DNA of 64,000 nt from an uncultured Ignavibacteriales bacterium. Lineage in GTDB: Bacteria; Zixibacteria; MSB-5A5; GN15; FEB-12. The notes beneath the pieces were generated by a model. It was not told where the DNA came from and made no database searches. It saw nothing but the letters and a program-made list of their open reading frames with translations. The stretch is taken from NCBI GenBank assembly GCA_964371785.1, contig CAYJOL010000002.1, forward strand, positions 21,534 through 85,533. Reading direction: 5' to 3'. The position numbers and the translations under genes are program-made. The first letter of the stretch is position 1. Each line of letters starts with the position of its first letter. Positions 36,035-45,127 of the stretch are shown here, one piece after another.

Positions 36035-39000
36035 TTACTTTAGAAGCAACATTTTCTTTGTGTCGGCTTGGTTCCCCGAAACTAATCTGTAAATGTAAAG
36101 ACCTGAGGACACATGATGGCCCGCGCCGTCCGTACCGTCCCAGGTCACCGAGTGAGTACCAGCTTCGTAGTGCCCTGAGGCCAGCACAGCTATCTCTTGA
36201 CCCAAAATATTGAATATTGACAAGCGAATCTCATCCGTTCGAGGAATTGAAAATACTATCTGCGTGGATGGATTAAATGGGTTAGGATAGTTTTGCTCCA
36301 GTTCGAACTGTTCCGGCATCAAATTGCCACTAACAATTGTGGCTAGAACAGCCTCATGGTTCATGTCAGAGGCAATGGCCGCATCTATCTCAAACCGGCC
36401 TTCAATACGCATCAGGTCATACGAACCAGAGGCAAGTGTAGACAATCCTTTGAGGTCTACAAGCCCCAAGATGTTGGTTCCGTCGATCAAATCGATTTTG
36501 TCCCCAAGCATGCTGGTGACCTTTGGTCCGTTTGACGGCCCTGAGACAGTGAGTTGCAGCCCACGAAGTTCGACTGGGGTTGCTAGGCTTACGACAGTAT
36601 AGCCATCGGCGTATGAGGTGCTCAGGATGATCTGATCGTTAGTGGCAAGGGGGGCGCCCCCCGCAGCTGGTGAGCAGGTGGGGGCAGCGCCGCCAGTGAA
36701 CATGTAACTAACCAAATAGGTTATGTCGGCAATATTGTAATTGCCCGTTCCATTGGCATCAGCAGCGGCATCAACGCAAATACTGTGGAATCCAGTAAAG
36801 ATGTCTTCAACAATACAGACTAGGTCTGCTACGTCAACGAAGCCACTTCCATCCGCATCACCAGGGACATAGCCGCTTATCTCAGTCGAGTCCTGAGTGC
36901 GATCAAAAGTGGCCCTCAAGTCATAATTGTTCAAATCGGAAAGTAATAACATATGCTGCGGATCACTGCTGAATGCCGTATCCCAGTGTAGATATTGACT
37001 CTCCACACAGGCCCTGGAAGCAGTAAACAATATGTTGAAGACAGTATTCTTTCCGATTGGAATTGAATCAGATGTTAGCGTATAGAATCCTACGGCATAC
37101 TCGCCTGTTGCTGGAGTTGGCGCATAAACCTGAATTATCCAGTTCTCAGTGTAGAGACCAGTTGTCGTGACACCACAATAACTCGCACCGGAGGGCACCT
37201 TGAATGGTATCATGCCTCCCCTAATCGCTTGCGTCAGCTCAAGTGCAACTGGCTGCAACATAGTGTCACTAGCACACGGAGAGTAACTGCCCGCGCTGAA
37301 TCTTAGCGCCTCATTCGACGGAGAGGCTCCCCCATACGGTACAGCGCCCATGTCGTTACGGGTACCGTTTGGATCATTGTAAGCCGGGTCAGGATTACCC
37401 GCGTCAATACAAGGCGAATTCTCATATAGCTCATAGGTCGGGGCCAGAAGCGGATCAGATTGAATTGAACCAACGCCAGGGCTGGCTATCTCCTGATACG
37501 GAACAGGGTTTCCAAACACGTCATTGTAGGACAGGTTCGGTTGGGCAACCCCACCAATCAGGCCTTCCCGGTGAATACCGTAATGCAGGTTGTCTGCTAT
37601 AATCGTATTCATGATGGTCGGAGCATCAACCGAAAACGTCGAGGCCCCTCCATTTGCACACCCAACAATGGTATTGTTGATAATGACCGCAGGAGAATGG
37701 CCTATCGGGGTAGCCCCATCACCACCTAAAGATATAGCTCCCCAGTTGGTCACCTGCTGATTCACCAGAAGATTCCGCTGTATTGTCGGCCCCGCATATA
37801 AACATAGGACACCGATCCAGCCGCCTTCCAGACGAAATCCTTCCAGTACCGCCGCCGATGTCTCCCGAGTCCGGAAGGTTATCAAATTCTCGTTCGAGGC
37901 CGCAGTAATTGTCGTTACCAATGGCCCATCCGAAGACATCACCAGTATTGACTTACCTAAGAAGTTCACTACCCCAGTATACGTGCCTGGCTTGACCAGC
38001 ACAGTATCATCATCATAAGCCGCCTCTATCGCTTCCTGAATGGTCGCATATTCGTCTGGCACTACGAGTACACCGGGTACATGAGGCGAGTAAATCTCAT
38101 AAGGCCGAGCTCCTAAGTCATTACGGCTGCCGTCAGGATCATTGTACATCGGATTTGGGTCACCAGCATCAACCACCGGCGAGCCTTCCATCAGATAGAA
38201 TAACCCTGATAGGCTCGGCTCATACTGTGGATCAACCGCCAGATCATTAGGACCGGCAACCATGGAGATGTAATTAGGTGTGTTGTTCCAAACATCATTG
38301 TAGTCATAGGTCACATCAACGTTCACACCGGCGTCTTCAAGCCATTCCATTCCCCCATAGGTATTGCCGGTAATCAGATTGTTCCGGATATCTGCCGATA
38401 CCACCGACAAAATAGTCATTCCTACGGTATTGTAATTGATCGTATTGTTCACCACAATAATGCTGTCAGCATGGACGTAAATCGCCCCTCTCCGCTGAGA
38501 ACCGATGGTCGCAATGTTATTATATATAGAATTACCAGATACCATAGCCTTATCACCCTCAATGAGCGATATGGCGGGACCGTTTCCGGACATGTTGCCA
38601 TATATAACATTACTCCGAATCTGTACCTCACCGTAGCCATAGCCCAAACGAACAAAAATACCTCCACCCGAAATCGGCGCTATGTTCTCCCGAATAACAT
38701 TATCAACTATGACCGGAGCGCCATTCTGGAAAAATATCCCACCCCCATCATATGAACCACGACACTCCTCGATAACACAATTACGAACTGTCGGCGAACT
38801 GTTCAACCCGTATATCCCGCGCGTCTGCCATCCTCCACGTATCGTAAAGCCGGAAATCTCTGCAGTTGTCCCAATGTCATCCAGTTGAATAACGCCACTT
38901 ATAGCATCTGAGGAGAGACTTTGCTTATTCAACAAGTCGCGGGCCGAGATAGAATCATAGACAATCGGTCTCTGGAAGGCTGCCTTTAAGGCTGATGGAG

Positions 39001-39250
39001 CCTCTATTATCGTCGTCCCAGCGCCATCTTCAGAGGTCACGACAATATTCTTGCCTGACAGCGTGACAGATTCCAGATAAGTGCCAGGAGATACGAGAAC
39101 AGTGTCTCCATACACAGCCTGGTTTACTGCTAACTGAATGCTGGTGTAATCAGCTGGCACCTTTATGGTGGCGCCTAAAAGGGTTGATGCCCACAGTAAC
39201 GAAACGCAGGCAAGAATCCAACTGTACGATCGGCGGGAAATCAGTCTCAC
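36035..39250 (-). CDS. Right-handed parallel beta-helix (pectate-lyase-fold) protein with dockerin-like pair and T9SS C-terminal sorting domain
   Basis: GTG start at 39250, preceded by GGGAGG 6 nt upstream, then a signal peptide (SWILACVSLLWASTLLGA). Two similar beta-helix modules are present. EF-hand-like pair GDADGSGFVDVADL and DANGTGNYNIADI. C-terminus LEQNYPNPFNPSTQIVF...LYIYRL...KMLLLK. Confidence 0.85.
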   Translation of the reverse strand: MRLISRRSYSWILACVSLLWASTLLGATIKVPADYTSIQLAVNQAVYGDTVLVSPGTYLESVTLSGKNIVVTSEDGAGTTIIEAPSALKAAFQRPIVYDSISARDLLNKQSLSSDAISGVIQLDDIGTTAEISGFTIRGGWQTRGIYGLNSSPTVRNCVIEECRGSYDGGGIFFQNGAPVIVDNVIRENIAPISGGGIFVRLGYGYGEVQIRSNVIYGNMSGNGPAISLIEGDKAMVSGNSIYNNIATIGSQRRGAIYVHADSIIVVNNTINYNTVGMTILSVVSADIRNNLITGNTYGGMEWLEDAGVNVDVTYDYNDVWNNTPNYISMVAGPNDLAVDPQYEPSLSGLFYLMEGSPVVDAGDPNPMYNDPDGSRNDLGARPYEIYSPHVPGVLVVPDEYATIQEAIEAAYDDDTVLVKPGTYTGVVNFLGKSILVMSSDGPLVTTITAASNENLITFRTRETSAAVLEGFRLEGGWIGVLCLYAGPTIQRNLLVNQQVTNWGAISLGGDGATPIGHSPAVIINNTIVGCANGGASTFSVDAPTIMNTIIADNLHYGIHREGLIGGVAQPNLSYNDVFGNPVPYQEIASPGVGSIQSDPLLAPTYELYENSPCIDAGNPDPAYNDPNGTRNDMGAVPYGGASPSNEALRFSAGSYSPCASDTMLQPVALELTQAIRGGMIPFKVPSGASYCGVTTTGLYTENWIIQVYAPTPATGEYAVGFYTLTSDSIPIGKNTVFNILFTASRACVESQYLHWDTAFSSDPQHMLLLSDLNNYDLRATFDRTQDSTEISGYVPGDADGSGFVDVADLVCIVEDIFTGFHSICVDAAADANGTGNYNIADITYLVSYMFTGGAAPTCSPAAGGAPLATNDQIILSTSYADGYTVVSLATPVELRGLQLTVSGPSNGPKVTSMLGDKIDLIDGTNILGLVDLKGLSTLASGSYDLMRIEGRFEIDAAIASDMNHEAVLATIVSGNLMPEQFELEQNYPNPFNPSTQIVFSIPRTDEIRLSIFNILGQEIAVLASGHYEAGTHSVTWDGTDGAGHHVSSGLYIYRLVSGNQADTKKMLLLK

Positions 39251-39589
39251 GGGAGCCCTCCCTATGTGGAAAAGTTTTATTTGCCGCCCACTCTGCGTAG
39301 TACCTGAGAATAGCAAAATAGGCAATGAAATAATAATCATCAGCGTTATAAATATAGTATCCAACCGGTATTTGGTCAAGACAAAATGGACTTCTAGTTG
39401 GATGTTAGCTCCACTTCTCTTTAGCAATCAGAAGTCAACTCTGGCCGTATAAAGAACATGCGAATATCAGGACGGAAGCTCATGATTCTCAGTGAGCGAA
39501 AGCTATGTTAAAGCACTTGCCCTATGCTACTGGTTGCCTTATATTTGGAATCCTGGTCAAAGCAACCTCACAAAACATGGTAGAGTAAC

Positions 39590-40678
39590 TTGAATACGAT
39601 TTTAGAACGCTACACTGACAGCCCGCAGGGTCGAAAGAAACTAATGGCTTTCTATGAGGAAGTGTATCCGGATGCACCTTGGCAGCTCGACGATGACAGG
39701 TTCGATTGGCAAAATCTTAGAAATCCGCTTCAATCCTCGGATGCGACTGAAATATGGCTCCTTACCGAAGATGGTCGCATAATCGGACATAATATCTTCA
39801 TACTGTACACGCTCAACATTGGCGAAAGGCCTCATCAAGGCTACTGCTCTACAAACTTGATAGTGAGGCCTGGCCTAGTAGGCAAGGGTATAGGACACAA
39901 GCTCATCGAATGTAACGAGAATCGAGGGGGAGTTGCGTACGCTGTCGGCATTACGCACGCTTCAACCCGCGCTTTCGTCAAACGGGGGTGGGTACCAGTA
40001 GATGACGCCCGACTTTTCACCCAAATCATCAATCCGGGGCCTAATCTGCGGTACGTCGGAATGGCCAAATGGAAAGCTTCTCTTGCCTCCCCGGCTTTGA
40101 AAATTTTCGGTCTGGCCCACAGGCTGTTGGCCCGAATAAGGACTGAAAGAACACTTCCTGACGTAGAAGTATCAGAAATTGACCGGTTTGACCCCGCCCA
40201 TGATAAACTGTGGAGGAGTTTTCTCAATGGCTATGCCCTCTCATTTGATCGAAATGCCGTGCAACTGAACTATAAGTATAAGTCAAGAACTGACATATCA
40301 CACTCCATTTTCCTCTTTCGCAAAAAAGGAGTTCCGATCGGCTACGGAGTCTGCCGTATGTCCGTAAACCAGGTGAAACGTATTCGTCTCGGACGGATTG
40401 TCGATTTGGTCGCCGACCCACGACAGGGGGCGAAGCTGATCAGTTTCATGATAGGAGTCATGAAACGGTATCTCGCCCAGTTTAACGTTGATGGGTATGT
40501 TGGTGTAGCAGCAGACGATAAGATTGCGACTGCTTTTCGTCGTCAGGGCTTCTTCCTTTCGCGGGTACAGCCTGCGATTATCAAGGAAAACGGCTTCAGC
40601 GTCAAAGAGCTGCGACAAAAGTATGAATCTCTCTGGTACATCACATTGGGAGATTCCGACCTTGACAACTACTGGTAG
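39590..40678 (+). CDS. GNAT-superfamily acetyltransferase-like protein (two-lobed)
   Basis: 362 aa. LIVRPGLVGKGIGHKLIE fits the acetyl-CoA motif. A second GNAT-like lobe lies near the C-terminus (VGVAADDKIATAFRRQGF). Confidence 0.55.
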   Translation: MNTILERYTDSPQGRKKLMAFYEEVYPDAPWQLDDDRFDWQNLRNPLQSSDATEIWLLTEDGRIIGHNIFILYTLNIGERPHQGYCSTNLIVRPGLVGKGIGHKLIECNENRGGVAYAVGITHASTRAFVKRGWVPVDDARLFTQIINPGPNLRYVGMAKWKASLASPALKIFGLAHRLLARIRTERTLPDVEVSEIDRFDPAHDKLWRSFLNGYALSFDRNAVQLNYKYKSRTDISHSIFLFRKKGVPIGYGVCRMSVNQVKRIRLGRIVDLVADPRQGAKLISFMIGVMKRYLAQFNVDGYVGVAADDKIATAFRRQGFFLSRVQPAIIKENGFSVKELRQKYESLWYITLGDSDLDNYW

Positions 40679-40683
40679 GAGTA

Positions 40684-41730
40684 ATGATGATATCGGCGAA
40701 GGTGATGAAAACCGTGTACATAGTAGTCGGGTGCGATACCGACCCTGACCGAACAACATTCCTAGACGGTTTGCTGTCAGATACGCTCTCTTGGCGTGGT
40801 ATGTTAGAAGGAATTCCAATAGCCAAGGAACGCATCAAGGAAGTTCGTGACTCACAGGGGTCAAGTCCAATTTTCACTTGGTGTCTAAGAGCAGATTCTC
40901 AGATAAAGGAATACTATGGAGCATACAATTGGGTTCTCAGGTCCCACACTGATTTTCTTTTGAATCTCGAAAGACAGGGTGATGAATTGGCATGGCATCC
41001 GCACTTCTGGAGATTCGATACTCAGAATTCCGATTGGTATCAAGAGTGCTTTGACTTGGAGTGGCAAGTTAACATGCTTCGGGAGGCACACGCTGATTAC
41101 CTGAACATTCTGCCAGGTCGAGCGAAGTCCGTTCGGATGGGGTGGGATTACCATAATACCGACACCTTCGCTACGCTTGAATCGCTTGGAGTGATAGTCG
41201 ACTTCAGTGGGATACCTGGCTTGGCGCTCACTGCATCGAATCACGGTGTCCGATCTGTCAACTTCTTTGACTGGGGTCTCTCGCCGAATCGACCATACTA
41301 TCCCGCAACATTAGACTATCGTCGAGAGGCAAGAGAAGGCGAAACGGCTTTCCATCTTTTGGAAGCACCGAACTTCGTATCAAAGTCCAGACTTTGGGGT
41401 ATTATGGCCGGACTGCAGTATGCGAAGAAAACCGGAAGTCTGCGACCCTTCATTAGATCAATATTCAAACCAACCTATTTCATCGGGACCACGGGCAAGC
41501 CTAGTTTGTTCGCACCGCTGGTGGATCAACTGATCAGGGAACTCGAGTGGCGTGATCCCATTGTCTTCGTCACATACTTTCACCCTGACGAGCTCCTGGA
41601 AAACAAACATCCCCTTTATTCTCTTGGCTACATGGTCGAAAATCTGTCACTTTTGATTGCTATGGTCAGAGCATATGGCGCGACCACGAAGTTCATTAAG
41701 GCGTCTGAGATTCCAGGCGTAGTCAGTTAG
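40684..41730 (+). CDS. Putative polysaccharide deacetylase-like (CE4-fold) protein
   Basis: 348 aa, starting 6 nt after the previous gene. VVGCDTDPD (DxD-like) and WHPHFW (His pair) resemble CE4 metal-site motifs. The assignment is tentative. Confidence 0.4.
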   Translation: MMISAKVMKTVYIVVGCDTDPDRTTFLDGLLSDTLSWRGMLEGIPIAKERIKEVRDSQGSSPIFTWCLRADSQIKEYYGAYNWVLRSHTDFLLNLERQGDELAWHPHFWRFDTQNSDWYQECFDLEWQVNMLREAHADYLNILPGRAKSVRMGWDYHNTDTFATLESLGVIVDFSGIPGLALTASNHGVRSVNFFDWGLSPNRPYYPATLDYRREAREGETAFHLLEAPNFVSKSRLWGIMAGLQYAKKTGSLRPFIRSIFKPTYFIGTTGKPSLFAPLVDQLIRELEWRDPIVFVTYFHPDELLENKHPLYSLGYMVENLSLLIAMVRAYGATTKFIKASEIPGVVS

Positions 41731-41773
41731 TGATAGACCATCAAGATGATGAAATACAGGGCACAAACTGAAG

Positions 41774-42799
41774 TTGAAACAGGGAGTTACATTGGCGAAA
41801 AACAGTATTAGGTCGCTGCTGATCAAATTCGCTAAGATAGCTTTTGTGCTCCTGGCCATCGGGCTTGCCCTCTATCAATTGGCCATTCATTGGAGCGCCG
41901 TGTCCGATTTCCACTGGCGATTTGACCCCGTATGGCTGGCACTGTCGATAGCTGGTCATCTGGCGACCTTCTGGTTATTCTCTTTAGTTTGGTGTCAGCT
42001 GATTGCGGGATTCGGTTACACCGTGCCCGTCAAGTACGGATTCAAAATAGGATACATCACCAATCTCGGTCGATACTTACCCGGGCGGATTTGGCCAGTA
42101 TTCGGCATGGCATATTTCGCTAAACGCTTAGGCATTCGAGAGCAGGATTCGGTTACCTCTTGGGTGATTGCACTCGTATTTGCACTTACTGCTTCATTCA
42201 TTGCCGCGGGAATAGGTCTCTTATTGACACCTGAGTTGATGAAAGCTGGACTTCAGAAGCAAATTGGAGCTGGAGTTCTCGTTGCTGCTGTGCTCCTCTT
42301 ACTTGCTTCCATTGCGTTGGTTCTGCTACCGGGTCCGACGCTCTCTGCTCTCAATCTAGTACTTCGGGCGTTTCGCAGGTCTGAAGTCAACTTCAGCATA
42401 TCTGTGAGGGTAGCTGTTAAGGTCACAGCTGGGTACTTCGTATGCTGGGTGGTTTATGGGATTTCATTTTGGATGTTTCTGAAGTCGATCGTAGGAGGGG
42501 TAAGTCTGCCAATGGTGCCGATGATCACGACCTTCATTATCGCCTACCAACTGGGGTACCTCGCACTTTTTACGCCTGGAGGAGTGGGTGTAAGAGAGCT
42601 TGTAATTATCGGACTGCTCTCTATATATGTTGGACCAGTCGCAGCAGGAATGGCAATCGCAGCGAGGCTCTGGAATCTGGTAGTCGAAATTTTTGCTTTC
42701 ACAATCGCTTGGCGGATACCGTTTTCTGCCCCACCGGACTGCGCTAATCCTGAGGTCGGGTCGCATGGCACAAATAGAGTGACTGAAGACGATGTGTAG
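41774..42799 (+). CDS. UPF0104 / lysyl-PG-synthase-TM-like (flippase-like) membrane protein, paralog of 1240..2205
   Basis: 341 aa. Motifs NLGRYLPGRIWPVFGM and FTPGGVGVRELV. Collinear with the 1240..2205 product. Confidence 0.75.
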   Translation: MKQGVTLAKNSIRSLLIKFAKIAFVLLAIGLALYQLAIHWSAVSDFHWRFDPVWLALSIAGHLATFWLFSLVWCQLIAGFGYTVPVKYGFKIGYITNLGRYLPGRIWPVFGMAYFAKRLGIREQDSVTSWVIALVFALTASFIAAGIGLLLTPELMKAGLQKQIGAGVLVAAVLLLLASIALVLLPGPTLSALNLVLRAFRRSEVNFSISVRVAVKVTAGYFVCWVVYGISFWMFLKSIVGGVSLPMVPMITTFIIAYQLGYLALFTPGGVGVRELVIIGLLSIYVGPVAAGMAIAARLWNLVVEIFAFTIAWRIPFSAPPDCANPEVGSHGTNRVTEDDV

Positions 42800-42847
42800 G
42801 TATACCATACCTTCTGAGACACTTTTAGCGTAGATTGGAAGTAAATC

Positions 42848-43749
42848 GTGGAGGTTTGGCTGATGAGCAAAGAAGCGAGAGATTGCCTGGAGTTTCAGAG
42901 AAGAGTAGCGACCTTCAAGTATGCAGCTGCATGGGGGAATGTGGCCAAAGCGTGTCGGGCGTTCGGTGTTCCCAGAGCTTCCTACTACAAGTGGAAGAAG
43001 GCCTACGACGTCGAGGGCGAAACTGGCTTGGTGCGGAAGCGGCCGATCGACAGAAAGCGCCCGCGAGCGATTCCCCAGGCAACCATAGATTAAGTTTTGG
43101 AACTACGAACCAAGTACCACCTCGGGCCGCAGCGAATTGTTTGGTACATGGAGCGGTACCACGAAATTCGGATCGCTTTCTCCAGCGTTTACCGGATTCT
43201 ATTGCGGCATGGGGTTAGCCGTTTTTCAAGTCGAACTGGCTGCCGCGCCTTGCACACCCGACGTTATTCGAAGCAGGTACCCGGCCATCATGTTCAAGTG
43301 GACGTGAAGGTCCTCTCCCTCAAGGGGCCGGCGGGCAAGACCATTCGTCGCTTCCAGTAAACGACCATAGACGATGCCACGCGAATACGGGCATTCCGAA
43401 TCTACCCGCGCCACTGTCAGGCCAACGCGATCAGCTTCATCGACTGTGTGCTCGAAAGGTTCCCGTTCCGGGTCCACACCATCAGGACAGACCGCGACCA
43501 CGAGTTCCAAGCGCTGTTTCATTGGCATGTGGAGGACAAAGGGATTCGACATGTGTACATCAAGCCACGTGCGCATGAGTTGACCGGTAAGGTCGAGCGG
43601 TCGCATCAGACCAATGGTGAGGAATTCCATCAGCTCTTGAGTTACACTGACGATGTCGATCTGGACCGAATGGGGTGCACGGCCGCATGACGCCGTACGA
43701 AGCACTCAGAACGATGCTTGACTCGAAAAAAAGTGTCTCAATTACTTGA
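42848..43749 (+). mobile_element. Degraded IS481-family transposase gene
   Basis: HTH part reads MSKEARDCLEFQRRVATFKY...ASYYKWKKAYDVEGETGLVRKRP. rve core reads LGPQRIVWYMERYH...VPGHHVQVDVK...IDDATRIRAFRIY...IRTDRDHEF...NGKVERSH-like. It is interrupted by in-frame TAA codons near 43091 and 43361. Frameshifts or a deletion lie before the terminal TPYEALR. Confidence 0.75.
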
Positions 43750-43874
43750 CAATACTACAATTGAGCTTCGCTTATGCCCACCGGCAGAAATTGGCAGGGT
43801 CCACCATTACATAACAATCACTTAGCGTGGGATATAAGCGTTTCGAGGTGCACACATTCAGGCTATCGAACGTA

Positions 43875-45071
43875 TTACAATTTAACCGCCAGATCGAACA
43901 AGGGCAGGTACATTGATATGAGAATGAATGCGATAAAAACGCCGAGCACGATAATGATAACCGGCTCCAGCAGCGATGTGAGGATGTTCATCTCCGACTC
44001 AGTCTCCTTTTCAAAATAATCGGCGGCCTGTAAGAGCATTTCCGCCAATCGCCCGGTCTTTTCGCCAGACGCGGCCAACCGGAGCATCGTCCTCGGGAAT
44101 ACCCCGAAAGATGAAATCGAGTCGGTAAACGACCGACCTTGGGAGAGGTTGAATTGCGCCTCTGCAAGGAGATTGCCCAGATACATGTTCCCGGTCGTCT
44201 TAGAGGCGATATGTACGGCGGTGATAATGTCGATCCCCGACTTCGACAACATCCCCAGCGTTCGACAGAACCGTACCGAAATCAGTCTCGTGCTTAAATT
44301 TCGCAACAGAGGTAGCCGAAGTAATAGCCGGTGTCGCATAAGGGTAACCGATTTGGATCGGAAGGCAAAAGCCGCGGACGCCACAATGCAGATCAGAGCA
44401 AGCGTCAACCACATTAGATTGCCCCTGATCATCACACTGACGCCGATGATTGATTTCGTCAATGAAGGTAGCTCAACCCCGAAGTTCTCGTACATCGACG
44501 AGAATACCGGTACGATGTAGATCACAATTGCAGCCATGACCAAAGTGGCTACTAACACTACCAAAGTGGGATATGCTATTGCGGAACGCACCTTCCGCGT
44601 CAGCGCTTCTGATTTTTCCAAGTGCAGAGCTATCTGGTCAAACGTCGTGCTTAGTAATCCGGAGAGTTCACCGGCTCTTATGAGGCTGATGTATAGTTCA
44701 TCGAAAATAACCGGGTACTCGCCGAACGCTGTTGCCAATGACTGCCCAGACTCCACGCTCTGCGCGACGTTCTTGATAATGTCCTTAATAACCCTGTTCC
44801 TTGACTGCTCACCTGCTAGTTCTAGCGATTCCAAAAGCGGCACGCCGTTTGAAAGAAGCATCTGTATCTGGCGTGTGAGTCGGGTGAGTTCGGCGCGCTG
44901 AAAAGTCCGGATAAGTTGTTGTTGGATTATACTGTAGGTAAGCTTGTAACTAACGACAAAAAGCCCTTTGTCGATCAACTTCATCTGGAGCTCACTGACA
45001 TCGCGTGCCGTCATTATTCCGTTAGCTTGGTCGCCTGTCAATGTTTTTCCTGAATATTTATATCTGGGCAT
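43875..45071 (-). CDS. GspF/PilC-family inner-membrane platform protein
   Basis: 398 aa with two repeated T2SSF-type halves (LSNGVPLLESLE... and LSKSGIDIITAV...) and three TM segments. Divergent from the ATPase gene. Confidence 0.85.
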   Translation of the reverse strand: MPRYKYSGKTLTGDQANGIMTARDVSELQMKLIDKGLFVVSYKLTYSIIQQQLIRTFQRAELTRLTRQIQMLLSNGVPLLESLELAGEQSRNRVIKDIIKNVAQSVESGQSLATAFGEYPVIFDELYISLIRAGELSGLLSTTFDQIALHLEKSEALTRKVRSAIAYPTLVVLVATLVMAAIVIYIVPVFSSMYENFGVELPSLTKSIIGVSVMIRGNLMWLTLALICIVASAAFAFRSKSVTLMRHRLLLRLPLLRNLSTRLISVRFCRTLGMLSKSGIDIITAVHIASKTTGNMYLGNLLAEAQFNLSQGRSFTDSISSFGVFPRTMLRLAASGEKTGRLAEMLLQAADYFEKETESEMNILTSLLEPVIIIVLGVFIAFILISMYLPLFDLAVKL

Positions 45072-45127
45072 CTTGCCTGCACCCTTACTTTGTCATATAA
45101 TATATACAAGTTTGTCAACTGTGGGGA

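Noticed and set aside
45072-45127. A divergent promoter between the platform (GspF/PilC-like) and ATPase genes. The AT-rich 56-bp gap has TTTGTCA repeated twice, a TATAAT and a TTGACA on the opposite strand.
   Set aside because: No -35/-10 pair has acceptable spacing on either strand (spacers of 5, 8 or 13 nt). The direct TTTGTCA repeat may be a regulator site, but I cannot support a specific call.
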